From positions 1 through 45,566 of IMG/VR virus record IMGVR_UViG_3300033406_000373: a DNA stretch of 45,566 nt. One strand, given 5' to 3'. Numbering within the stretch: position 1 is the first letter of the stretch; every line of letters starts with the position of its first letter. The stretch comes from a virus (lineage: Duplodnaviria; Caudoviricetes). Positions 17,912 to 26,880 of this stretch are shown here, piece after piece. The translations under genes and the position numbers were made by a program. The notes under the pieces are model-generated. The model was not told the DNA's origin. It saw nothing but the letters and a program-made list of their open reading frames with translations, and searched no databases.

Positions 17912-18705
17912 GCGCTACAGGAATATGGTTCTCTTTGATGTTCTCTCTCGATAAGAGGTAAGATTCCTTTTCTGCTTTTCAGTAGGTCATAGATAAATAA
18001 CCTACCTTTCTGGGTCCAGTATGTATGAAATGCATTCCGGTCAACATCTATGACATGTGTCTTACTCTGCGTATAGCCATTAGCCGCGTAATGGCTGTAT
18101 AATAACCAAACACCACTTTGTTTATATTGAACGCCTAATTCATGAAGTATTTTATTAAGCTCAGTGCCAGACATACCGTAGTCTTTAGCGATTTTGGTAA
18201 TTGACAGTAGTGATTTGTTTTGCAGAACCAGATCATAATACGTGGCCTTAGGCGATAATTCGTTTATAATCTGAGATTGCTGCGAGGTTTGAAGTGCAAG
18301 GCGCTTGTATTTCTCGCGTTCGTTTTTGAGTTCGGTAGCTAGTTGAATAATTGTATCGGGATTGAGTAAAACTTCTTCAAGCTTTGCAGGCGTAAGGTAG
18401 CCCCCGTGTTTGCGAATAGCCGGAAGAATTTCGTCGGCAACAAGTGCCTGAAATTTTTCAGCAGTTTCATTTTTAGCTTTCATAGCAAGGCGATAGAAAA
18501 TGTTTTCTGGGATAAATTCAGGTCTTTCTCCACTTGTGGAGAAACCGAATTCTGCTAAATATCCGTCTACTCTTTGCCACCTGATATAATCGCCTTTTGT
18601 CTCAGTAAAACCAAGTCCTCTGGCGCAATCCTTTAAGTCTAACTGCGCAACCCCATTCTCATCAATATACCCTCGTACATCATAAATTGTAATTAAATTT
18701 CTCAC
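17899..18705 (-). CDS. Phage antirepressor (Bro-N-like plus KilA-C/ANT domain)
   Basis: FIPENIFYRLAMKA...AEKFQ..VADEILPAIRKHGGY; PKATYYD.VL, ITKIAKDYG, TYWTQKGRLFIY. Confidence 0.93.
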   Translation of the reverse strand: MRNLITIYDVRGYIDENGVAQLDLKDCARGLGFTETKGDYIRWQRVDGYLAEFGFSTSGERPEFIPENIFYRLAMKAKNETAEKFQALVADEILPAIRKHGGYLTPAKLEEVLLNPDTIIQLATELKNEREKYKRLALQTSQQSQIINELSPKATYYDLVLQNKSLLSITKIAKDYGMSGTELNKILHELGVQYKQSGVWLLYSHYAANGYTQSKTHVIDVDRNAFHTYWTQKGRLFIYDLLKSRKGILPLIEREHQREPYSCSANGF

Positions 18706-18740
18706 TATTTAGACCTCCTGTTTTCAAAAGAAAAAGAAGG

Positions 18741-18947
18741 CTATACGCCTTCTTTAGATCTTTCCTTCATATTTTTAACTTTTGCCTCTGCGCAACGCAG
18801 TTCAAACACTTTGATCGTTAAATCAAACTTATTTTGTTTAGTTGGATTTTCAATACATTCAGCTTCCATTGCATCGTATTCCGCTTTAACCTGCTTAAGC
18901 CATCTTCGGGCTTCGAGTTCTGTCATAGGATTGTCGTCGTCAACCAT
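18741..18947 (-). CDS. Hypothetical 68-aa helical protein, first gene of the antirepressor cassette
   Basis: Strong AGGAGG RBS directly after a promoter. Confidence 0.7.
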   Translation of the reverse strand: MVDDDNPMTELEARRWLKQVKAEYDAMEAECIENPTKQNKFDLTIKVFELRCAEAKVKNMKERSKEGV

Positions 18948-18965
18948 AACGCACCTCCTAGGAAT

Positions 18966-19005
18966 ATTATAACAATGGAAACGCCGTTTGGCGAACTATT
19001 GTTTG
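18966..19005 (-). promoter_or_regulatory. Sigma-A promoter with an overlapping LexA/SOS box
   Basis: Minus strand TCGCCA-N17-TATAAT with extended TG; CGAAC-TATT-GTTTG at 18992-19005 overlaps the -35. Confidence 0.65.
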
Positions 19006-19916
19006 CTCTTCGCCCACTTTTCGTTATATTCTTTGATGGCCTGGTCACGGAGCTTCAACTTTTCTTCTTTTGAAAGGCTTAAAATAGCCGAGTCAATCCC
19101 AGGTCCTAAAACACAATGACAATTAACTGATTCACTTGCCGGAAGCTTTGAGTCCCGAGGATATAATGCTTTATAACCGCTGACATTAAAATGCTCATCA
19201 AGACCAATTGTCACACCGTTTAGTGCAACATGGGATTCCCTTGGCTTATTCTTTTTGGCACCTGAGTGTTTCCAAATCTTCTGGGTTACTGCCGGAGATT
19301 GAATATAAGCTTCATGGGCCGCCACCGAATTGGCTCTTAAGACTTCGGTAATTGCCGTTGTCCGGGCTCTGGTCCGATTAAACTCCGGTAAATCCTTTAT
19401 CCGTGATACAGCCTTATCAATCCCTTCGCCGTTCTCAATCACTACTTGTAATGCGGCTTCCAGTTCGGAATGAGTTGTCAATTTCATAATATTACCTAAC
19501 TCAACGGACCACTCCGTAATCCAGTCAAGAACAAAATCAGACAGTAATTCAAAAGTAATATCTTCATCAATATTTTCCATGATTTCATTAACAAACTCTT
19601 CCGTTGTCATACTCAAAAATGTGCCCGTATACTCAGCCATTTTCTCAGCAAATTCATCGGATTGTACTAGCTTTTTAAATAAGACCGCCAAAGTATCTCC
19701 ATCTAAGACATCATCTTTGACAACTGCAGTCTTAAAGCCATTAACAAAATGCCGTTTCTGTTCGCGAAGTAGAGCAGCAACCTTAGTCTCGTACTCTTCA
19801 ATAGCATTCAGCGTGGCCGCAAGGGCTGGACACTCCAATAGTTCCTCTTTGAGCTCATCCCCTTCATCTTTGACTATGGCATCAATCGCCTTCAACAGCC
19901 GTTCCAGCTTATCCAC
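18996..19916 (-). CDS. Minor head protein (SPP1 gp7/Mu gpF-like)
   Basis: RARTTAITE, K.W.H......PRESH..LNG, YPRD...ESVNCHC. Confidence 0.9.
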   Translation of the reverse strand: MDKLERLLKAIDAIVKDEGDELKEELLECPALAATLNAIEEYETKVAALLREQKRHFVNGFKTAVVKDDVLDGDTLAVLFKKLVQSDEFAEKMAEYTGTFLSMTTEEFVNEIMENIDEDITFELLSDFVLDWITEWSVELGNIMKLTTHSELEAALQVVIENGEGIDKAVSRIKDLPEFNRTRARTTAITEVLRANSVAAHEAYIQSPAVTQKIWKHSGAKKNKPRESHVALNGVTIGLDEHFNVSGYKALYPRDSKLPASESVNCHCVLGPGIDSAILSLSKEEKLKLRDQAIKEYNEKWAKSKQ

Positions 19917-21414
19917 TTCGCTGTTCCTCCAGCAAGTCCCTCAAGTCCTTGAGTACGGTATATATTTTCTCGTTCTTGCCGGCGGATTTGAGCAGCTTTT
20001 CTTCTGGTACCGTCGCCCCCTGATTTAGTAATGCAGTCGGCAGATTGGCCCGTTCATCATCAAAGTTTTCAAGCTGTTTGCCCAATATATTGCCGAGTAG
20101 TTCGCGAGTGTCGTTAATGGCTACCGCCCCAATATCATTTACAGCACTCAGAATTTTAGCAACATCCTCCGGATTACTGATATCGGGATTGCGGAGCTCC
20201 ACCATAACATACTTGAGTTCATAATCGGCTAATAGTAGATTATTAATAAGAAACGCCAACGTCTTCCTTTCTGGAATAAACACCTGCTGCTCGGTAATTA
20301 TCATAGCGGTGTCGGCAGTAGCACGGTTATAGTCCTTGGAATAACCCACATAAATATCTGGCAATCGGAAGTGAGACTGCACCTTCTTACGGTTAGTATC
20401 ATCATAGTTGACGAACAAACCGTCTCGCTGGAGCATCTCGGCCAGTGGCTTTATCTCAATATCAACGCTAGCCTTATCTTTCTCAAACCCTAAACTTGGT
20501 TCGGCCTCCAAGGCCTCCGCTTCAAGGAGTAGAAATTTATGCGCATTTTCTTGGCCTTCTACCGAAGACACATATTCAGATAAGGCTGCCTCGCTATCTT
20601 CGGTTAGCCGGCCATTTTTGATGAGAATAGCTGCCGGCAAATGCCGCCCCTGCTTAAAATACCGATAGTTAAGCTCCGATGCGTTGCGGCTGCCGTACAT
20701 ATCCATGAGCGCCGATATCCAGCGAGGTATGCCGTAGGCGCCGCTCCCAGTCTTAAGGTGAAGAATTTCATTGGCCTGAAATTCATCCGGCGTTTTATCA
20801 TCAAATACGCCGGTTCTAAGGTCCATAATTCGCGAATCGCCGAATTCCTTAAACCAAACTACCTTTGAACCATTAACAATTTGCACATAGCGTCTAAACT
20901 TTTTCTTACGATTAAAGTTCTGCCCATCTCGATAGTAAACAGTATTGATAGCCGGCCCTTTTTTAGTGGTTCGGATGCTGGCCGGGTCCTCAATCTTTTC
21001 TAACTCGACAACTTCACGTTTGCCGTTACGAATGACCTCTATGTAGCCATTGCCGCAAGCTTCCCGGTCGTCAATGGCCTCCTTCAGCACATCAATAAAT
21101 GATTTTTCCATGTGCATGTACTTTAGGGCATTCTCAACCCGGTTCCACTCGGCTGCCATCTCCGCAGTTTCTTTGTCTTTGGTCTCATCATTTTTATACC
21201 TAAGCTGATAGCCGAAGCCGACTATATTTTGCTTGTAGGCTTCCACGCACTGCGGAAGAATCGTTGACATTTCCTTCATCTCTAGCAGCTTAATAATGGA
21301 ATATTTGGGCTCCAACACGTCAGCAATGGTGTATTGCTTTTCATCAGCCCCCTTGGCTGTGGGTGTTTCCGCCTTTTTTATTCCGGTGATTACCCTTGCT
21401 TTCACTTTCTGCAC
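19909..21414 (-). CDS. Portal protein (PBSX XkdE-like)
   Basis: ILPQCVEAYK.NI.GFG, D.E..GNGY.EV.R, YGIPRW, FRLPDIYVG..DYNRATA. Confidence 0.93.
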   Translation of the reverse strand: MQKVKARVITGIKKAETPTAKGADEKQYTIADVLEPKYSIIKLLEMKEMSTILPQCVEAYKQNIVGFGYQLRYKNDETKDKETAEMAAEWNRVENALKYMHMEKSFIDVLKEAIDDREACGNGYIEVIRNGKREVVELEKIEDPASIRTTKKGPAINTVYYRDGQNFNRKKKFRRYVQIVNGSKVVWFKEFGDSRIMDLRTGVFDDKTPDEFQANEILHLKTGSGAYGIPRWISALMDMYGSRNASELNYRYFKQGRHLPAAILIKNGRLTEDSEAALSEYVSSVEGQENAHKFLLLEAEALEAEPSLGFEKDKASVDIEIKPLAEMLQRDGLFVNYDDTNRKKVQSHFRLPDIYVGYSKDYNRATADTAMIITEQQVFIPERKTLAFLINNLLLADYELKYVMVELRNPDISNPEDVAKILSAVNDIGAVAINDTRELLGNILGKQLENFDDERANLPTALLNQGATVPEEKLLKSAGKNEKIYTVLKDLRDLLEEQRSG

Positions 21415-21426
21415 ATTCTCACCTCC

Positions 21427-22941
21427 TTAAAAACGATGCTTGCGCTCGCGTTTCGTAGCATCTTTTACATTTACCGGCAAACACAATAAAAAAAGACAGT
21501 CTGCCCTGTCTGGTGATTTAAGATCCCGTTTCTTCATTTCTTTCTTGCTTTCTAGCTTGAGCTTTCCCTTGCTATCATAAATTCCATACTTTCTGACGGT
21601 AAGTTGTGCAATTAGCTCGTTATCATCTGGCAAAACCAACTCACACGGTTTAGGGTTGCCTTGTTCATCATGCTCACTGAGCAAGTCTTTGACGATAGCT
21701 GCCATCAATGTAGTTGTATCATAGTAATATTTGTGCGGAATCGGTATGCCAAACTTGACCGGTATAATCTGCAACCACTCCAGGTTGTCGAGTTTCTTGA
21801 TTTCTTTCAAGCGATCGGTAACACCGCCACCAACTCCGGTATCATCAATCCTAACTACAATGCTAATATTGGGATATGTATCGTTCAGCTTATTAGCCGT
21901 TCGCATGATATCGCCTACTGTCGCCATAGTGTCCTGACCGTGACGAATTAAAAACGGCAGTACCTTATGATTAATTTTAACGCCAATAACCGTTTCATCG
22001 CCGCCTTCTCGGGCAACGTCACAAGCAATATCAATCGTTTGAACCGGTTGATCGTCATCATAGTCGGTATTGATTCCCCTCATAACCAGGTGGAGCTGGA
22101 TAAAGACGTCATCTTCCTGGTCAGGAAATTCACCCTTGACTCGGACTAAAACTACATTGCTGCTGGCGCCATACTTACGTTTGAGCATTGCAATGTTTTC
22201 TTTATCGGTTCGCTCACACTGCTCTGCATCGATATGGATACAACGGAACTGGTCACGATCTTTGTGGTGTGATTCGTAGAAAATGCCACTATTTCGGGTT
22301 GGGTTGGAAATAAACAAAATCCGATTGTCTACACCGGTAATGGTACCCAACAGAGTTTCAAGGATCTCGTCTGATACACCGGAGGCTTCGTCAACAATAA
22401 TAAGCATGTTGTCGGCGTGCAGACCGGCCATATTCTCTTTCTTCGTGGCCGTCTTGGCAGTAGCAAACCATTCTAACTCGTAGCCAACCATGTAAAGCAT
22501 GGTTTTAGTAAGTGTCAAAAACTGTTCGGCGTAGGTGCCAGTTAGCCATTTTGATATCTCCGGCCAAAGAACAATGTTAAGCTGCTGCTTTGTGGGCGCC
22601 GTGGCGATGATCTTTGCATTATCACGAAATAGCATGTACCAGATGATAATACAGGCAACCGTTGCTGTTTTCCCTACACCTTGCCCTGATCGGACTGAGG
22701 TTCGTTTATTATCACGGACGGATAGCATGATTTCCTTCTGCTTATCATCCGGGTAAAAGTCCAGGATATCCTCAGAAAATCCAACCGGGTCATCATAATA
22801 TAGGTCGACCATCTCGCCGTAATCAATATCCTCAATCTTTTCGGCAGCAGCCTTGTGATTGACACCTTCAAACTCTATAAGATCAAGAGTTTCTTTACCC
22901 AATATATCTAAGGCTTCTAGGAAACGATCAAGAAGTTCCAT
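21427..22941 (-). CDS. terL: Terminase large subunit
   Basis: Walker A SGQGVGKT, Walker B IIVDEASG, ISNPT, RNase H motifs ACDVAREGGDET and SPDRAD. Confidence 0.96.
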   Translation of the reverse strand: MELLDRFLEALDILGKETLDLIEFEGVNHKAAAEKIEDIDYGEMVDLYYDDPVGFSEDILDFYPDDKQKEIMLSVRDNKRTSVRSGQGVGKTATVACIIIWYMLFRDNAKIIATAPTKQQLNIVLWPEISKWLTGTYAEQFLTLTKTMLYMVGYELEWFATAKTATKKENMAGLHADNMLIIVDEASGVSDEILETLLGTITGVDNRILFISNPTRNSGIFYESHHKDRDQFRCIHIDAEQCERTDKENIAMLKRKYGASSNVVLVRVKGEFPDQEDDVFIQLHLVMRGINTDYDDDQPVQTIDIACDVAREGGDETVIGVKINHKVLPFLIRHGQDTMATVGDIMRTANKLNDTYPNISIVVRIDDTGVGGGVTDRLKEIKKLDNLEWLQIIPVKFGIPIPHKYYYDTTTLMAAIVKDLLSEHDEQGNPKPCELVLPDDNELIAQLTVRKYGIYDSKGKLKLESKKEMKKRDLKSPDRADCLFLLCLPVNVKDATKRERKHRF

Positions 22942-23827
22942 TCTTCATCTTCCTCGCGGCCATTTTTCGGCGTAAAGCATCGACATGCCGATTTTCTCGA
23001 TTCTCACCTTTAGCCTTTTCAATGTCAAGTAGCAACCGGGCTTTACTGATTTTGAGTTTTTCAAACTCTATGCTTTCGGCTACCTCAATACTGTGTTTAA
23101 GTGCAATAGCCTTAGTCTTTTTATCCTGTACCCGGGTTAACGCTTCCTCCAGTTTCAAGATATCGTCAATCACTCGACATTCGGTTTCCGTAATCTCGGT
23201 AACAACAAGCTTATTTTCTGGAACTACTACCACCTTACTCGATGCAGTTTTTTCATCATATATCGTTACAAGATTTTTCTGCACCTGCAATTCATGGAGT
23301 ACCTTACGCTCTTTCTCAGTCAGGCCATCCATAAGCTTTCGGATCCGTTCCATCATTCGTCGCTCCCGAAGAGTGGTGAGCCGAATGTCTTCTTCAACCT
23401 GAGCAAAGGTATCGGTATTAATAATATTACAAAGAGCTTGTTCCTCTTCGGTCAAGGTATCGAACCAGATGGTTTCATATTCACCGGTAGTTACAGCCTT
23501 CTTATTGCCGAAGGGGCCGCCTGTCCCACCACGGTTACCGACGGCGTTTTTATTGCCTTTTGGTGCACCGTGGCCTTTTGCATTATGGTTACCTTGGGGA
23601 GCTCCTCTTTTCGGAGCGCTCCCTTTTGTATTTAGGAGCGCTCCTTTATTAATATCGGAGCGCTCCTTTATTCTTTCATCCCAATTATCTTCTGTTTTCC
23701 ACTTTCGGATCCGCGAATCGGGTATACCAATTTCGCCAGCAATATCTTTTAACTTGGCAGTGCCGCCGCTATCAAACCATATTTTAAAGGCTTTATCTCG
23801 ATCAGGATTTCTTGGTCTCCCAGCCAT
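22928..23827 (-). CDS. terS: Terminase small subunit
   Basis: GRPRNPDRDKA, HTH LKDIA...IRKWK..D.W, GAP.GN.NA repeats, helical C-terminus. Confidence 0.92.
   Translation of the reverse strand: MAGRPRNPDRDKAFKIWFDSGGTAKLKDIAGEIGIPDSRIRKWKTEDNWDERIKERSDINKGALLNTKGSAPKRGAPQGNHNAKGHGAPKGNKNAVGNRGGTGGPFGNKKAVTTGEYETIWFDTLTEEEQALCNIINTDTFAQVEEDIRLTTLRERRMMERIRKLMDGLTEKERKVLHELQVQKNLVTIYDEKTASSKVVVVPENKLVVTEITETECRVIDDILKLEEALTRVQDKKTKAIALKHSIEVAESIEFEKLKISKARLLLDIEKAKGENRENRHVDALRRKMAARKMKNGTS
23613..23666. repeat. Three phased GGAGCGCTCC palindromes within terS (candidate pac site)
   Basis: Exact copies at 23613, 23635 and 23657 (22-bp period); degenerate GGAGCTCC at 23598. Confidence 0.75.
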
Positions 23828-23848
23828 TTTACATATCACCCACCCCCA

Positions 23849-24097
23849 CTATAAATCATCTTTTTGAAGTTCAATATCAATTTCAATTAGCTTCTTTAGG
23901 TCGTCTACGCTTTTTATCTCAATAGCACCTTTCTGAAAATCACTCACCCACCTCGCAATACCAGCTTGGACAATTTTACGATACTTTGATTTTGAATCTG
24001 AAATTCCTTCGATAACAGCAGCTTGATGCTGCAATAGCAAGCTATCTTTAGTAATTTCCGAACATTTGTTCGTTTTAGTTATTGCTGACACCCCCAT
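23849..24097 (-). CDS. Small hypothetical protein upstream of terS
   Basis: SKSKYRKIVQAGIARWV.DF..G.I.I..VDDLKKLIEID; start uncertain (ATG 24097, or ATA 24082 after a GGGGGTG RBS). Confidence 0.65.
   Translation of the reverse strand: MGVSAITKTNKCSEITKDSLLLQHQAAVIEGISDSKSKYRKIVQAGIARWVSDFQKGAIEIKSVDDLKKLIEIDIELQKDDL
24059..24072. promoter_or_regulatory. Firmicute LexA (SOS/Cheo) box
   Basis: CGAAC-ATTT-GTTCG, a perfect GAAC-N4-GTTC palindrome. Confidence 0.75.
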
Positions 24098-24116
24098 CCA
24101 TAACTTACAATGGATT

Positions 24117-24219
24117 GTGAGATAGTAGCCTAAAGCAACCGTGGCCACGGAATTTTCTACTATCTCCTGCCGGGAGTGCCCGGAGAGGCCGGATGTTAGA
24201 GCATCCGGCCTTTGTCTTT
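24117..24219 (+). ncRNA. Candidate structured small RNA ending in an intrinsic terminator
   Basis: Stem GAGATAGTAG/CTACTATCTC enclosing CCGTGGCCACGG; hairpin CCGGG-AGTG-CCCGG; GGCCGGATG/CATCCGGCC plus TTTGTCTTT; upstream TTGCTG-N18-TACAAT. Confidence 0.65.
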
Positions 24220-24294
24220 CTAAATTAATAATAAATTCACCATAAAACCACTTTTATCGTAATATATACAAAATCATTTTGGGAGGCTTAGTTT

Positions 24295-24747
24295 GTGAAA
24301 AAGTTGGATCCAAATAAGTTATACGTCAGTTTTTTCCCAGGCACTTCAACTACCTATCCTATAATCCCTAGATACTATACGTTAACTCATTCGGATGAAA
24401 CAGGAGATCTATTTCTTTCAATTGGATCAACCTACATATATGACCAGATCAGTAAAAATCGTGATGAGGTTCTTGGTAAATGGAAAAACAATAAAGAACA
24501 GATTACTTTTTCTGTAAATATTCATGTTGACAGTGAGCCAGTTAAAAGTTTTGCTGATTCTTCGCTACGATATAGTATTTTTAAAAGAGAATTACCGCTG
24601 GCGTTAGAAGCAATTCGATTTGGAGATCAAGCACTATTTATCCTTAATCCTTATTTAGACCGTGCCAATATCGTAATTCATTTCAGCTCTTCCTATCCTA
24701 AACTTTGCAAAACTGAATCTTGGGGAACTTTTGCCGATTACCGTTAA
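24295..24747 (+). CDS. Staygreen (SGR)-family protein (moron)
   Basis: PRYYTLTHSDETGDLFLSIG, RDEVLGKW, R..IF.RELPLALEAIRFGD, F.S..P....E.WG; GGGAGG RBS. Confidence 0.92.
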   Translation: MKKLDPNKLYVSFFPGTSTTYPIIPRYYTLTHSDETGDLFLSIGSTYIYDQISKNRDEVLGKWKNNKEQITFSVNIHVDSEPVKSFADSSLRYSIFKRELPLALEAIRFGDQALFILNPYLDRANIVIHFSSSYPKLCKTESWGTFADYR

Positions 24748-24763
24748 AAATGAAACGCACATT

Positions 24764-26128
24764 TTACAATGCACCAAAAATTACAGCTTCTTTTCCAGAG
24801 AACTCTTCCCACCGCCGGACTATCACATCACAATATACCGGATCCAGTTCCATCGTGAAACATACTCGCCCAGTCTGCTCAGCAGCCATCAATGTACTAC
24901 CAGAACCACCAAAAAAGTCGGCCACAATCTCACCTGGCCGACTTGAATTCTGTATAGCTCTGGCACACAGCCCAATTGGCTTCATTGTTGGATGATCACC
25001 ATTCCGGAGTGGCTTTTCAAATCGCCAAACCGTCGACAAGCTGTCATCACCGTTCTGTAACACTTCAAATGACGGTACCCGAACCGTGACTGCCTGAAAC
25101 CCTGTAGTAAAAGTAAGCAGCGCCCCTTGTTCATCTTCCCTGATGATTAAAGGTGCTGCTTCTTCTATTACAGTTCCCTGTTTGCGGCCACCATAAAACC
25201 GATGTGCAGCGCCTGGCTTCCACCCATACAATATCGGTTCATGCTGCCATTGGTAATCCTGCCGGCCAATCACAAACTGATTTTTTGCCCAGACAAGGCA
25301 CTGTTTTAGCAACCAGCCAGCGTTCTGAAAGGCTCCACGGAAATTACTGCCCTCAGAATCTGCATGACAAACATAGATAGCGCCGCCCGGCTCAGTAGCT
25401 GCAAACATAGCTCCGAAAGCATCATAAAGAAACTGATTAAACCGCTCTGCCGGCATGTTATCATTCTGTATGGTCAACTTATCAGCGGTGCCGCCCTCGT
25501 ATGCCACGTTGTATGGTGGATCCGTGAAGATCATTCCCGCTAGTTTACCATCCATCAGCCTTTCAACGTCCGATAGTTTGGTGGCATCGCCACACATGAG
25601 CCTGTGCGGGCCAAGTTGCCAAATGTCGCCTGGCTTTGTAATCGGCTCTTTTATCTCGGCAGCAGCTGCAGCTGGATCAAATCCGTCCTCTTTGACTTCT
25701 ACGGAATTAAAGTCAGCTAGGAGATTATCAATTTGCTTATCAGAGAAACCGGTTAAATTCACATCAAAATCAGCTAAATTAATCTCTGACAGCAAGCCGG
25801 CCAACAGAGTATCATCTATCTGTGAAAGCTCAGCAATTCTGTTATCCGCGATTAAATCGGCCCACTCCTCGGCCTCAGAAGCATAATCTTGGCGATCCAC
25901 AGGAACTCGGTCCACGCCCAGGAGTTGAGCCGCCAGCAGCCGGCCATGGCCACGTACAATAAAACCAGAGCGGTTGCTCACAGTAATTGGAGCACGCCAG
26001 CCCTGGTTTTTTATGATTTTGGCGAGTAGTTCGATTTGTTTTTGCGGATGCTGGTTCGGGTTGCGTGGGTTTGCAATTAGTTTTTCAATCTCTGCCATTT
26101 CATCATAAGCACAATATACTTGTATCAT
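24764..26128 (-). CDS. ParB-like N-terminal domain fused to an N4/N6 DNA methyltransferase (beta class)
   Basis: NPRNPN.H, GHGRL.AA, IADNR; TDPPYNV, HPTMKP, DFFGGSGST. Confidence 0.93.
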   Translation of the reverse strand: MIQVYCAYDEMAEIEKLIANPRNPNQHPQKQIELLAKIIKNQGWRAPITVSNRSGFIVRGHGRLLAAQLLGVDRVPVDRQDYASEAEEWADLIADNRIAELSQIDDTLLAGLLSEINLADFDVNLTGFSDKQIDNLLADFNSVEVKEDGFDPAAAAAEIKEPITKPGDIWQLGPHRLMCGDATKLSDVERLMDGKLAGMIFTDPPYNVAYEGGTADKLTIQNDNMPAERFNQFLYDAFGAMFAATEPGGAIYVCHADSEGSNFRGAFQNAGWLLKQCLVWAKNQFVIGRQDYQWQHEPILYGWKPGAAHRFYGGRKQGTVIEEAAPLIIREDEQGALLTFTTGFQAVTVRVPSFEVLQNGDDSLSTVWRFEKPLRNGDHPTMKPIGLCARAIQNSSRPGEIVADFFGGSGSTLMAAEQTGRVCFTMELDPVYCDVIVRRWEEFSGKEAVIFGAL

Positions 26129-26164
26129 CCTTGCCACCTCCGGCTGTTACCTACCTTTATGGAT

Positions 26165-26189
26165 AAAGAGAAAAGAGCCTTATGGCTCC
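26165..26189 (-). terminator. Intrinsic terminator after the 182-aa moron
   Basis: GAGCC-ATAA-GGCTC followed by TTTTCTCTTT. Confidence 0.65.
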
Positions 26190-26192
26190 ATA

Positions 26193-26741
26193 TCAAATAA
26201 CTTCAAGCTCCAACTCGTAAATTGTTTCTGGTCTAAATATAAATATCAAAAATTCAATTATATCGGTACTAAAAATATTATTGTAAAAAACTCCCGGGCG
26301 AATCAAAGCCATTTTTTCGACTGGTTGAATTGCTTTATATTGACCTTTTTCAGTTACTTTAATTAATTTTAAATTTGGGTTAGATCGATAGTTATTAATC
26401 AAGTCATACATCATTTGATTAGTTTCTGTTTTAATAGTTTTACCTTTATAGCTCGCAAGATCAGGAATAGCAGACATATATCTAAAAACTTTTCTTAATG
26501 CTGTAGATCGCGTGTTCGAATTTCTAATATCTTTCAAGGCATCGAATGAAAGAGACATACTTAATTGATTTATTAATTTAATACAAATCAAGCCACTGCT
26601 TAATCTTTTGGCTACAAGTTTGTTACCCTGATGAGATAAGTATGGAACAAGAAGATCAAGATATGGTACCTTCAATAAGATAACACACAAAGCAGCAACA
26701 AATTCCAAAATATTAAATAAGATGATTTTTAAATTTCTCAC
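26193..26741 (-). CDS. AT-rich hypothetical protein with hydrophobic N-terminus (moron)
   Basis: AAGGAGG RBS, own promoter motif and terminator. Confidence 0.75.
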   Translation of the reverse strand: MRNLKIILFNILEFVAALCVILLKVPYLDLLVPYLSHQGNKLVAKRLSSGLICIKLINQLSMSLSFDALKDIRNSNTRSTALRKVFRYMSAIPDLASYKGKTIKTETNQMMYDLINNYRSNPNLKLIKVTEKGQYKAIQPVEKMALIRPGVFYNNIFSTDIIEFLIFIFRPETIYELELEVI

Positions 26742-26765
26742 AAAGTTTGCCTCCTTTGTTTTTTA

Positions 26766-26792
26766 TTTCCACAAAAGAAAACAAATTCCTTT
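26766..26792 (-). promoter_or_regulatory. Sigma-H-like promoter
   Basis: AAAGGAATT-N11-GTGGAAA versus consensus RNAGGAWWW-N11/12-RNNGAAT. Confidence 0.55.
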
Positions 26793-26880
26793 ATGAGTTT
26801 TGTATGTAAAATTTAGTCTTTCAACCGCAACCTCCTTTTACTTTTTGATTGTATTACTGACTAAATCAAGATTTGGGCAT

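Noticed and set aside
23613-23666. Mini CRISPR array
   Set aside because: Repeats are 10 bp with 12-bp spacers inside a coding gene; far too short and no cas genes
24117-24219. tRNA or known riboswitch
   Set aside because: No cloverleaf, T-loop or CCA end, and no riboswitch consensus that I recognise
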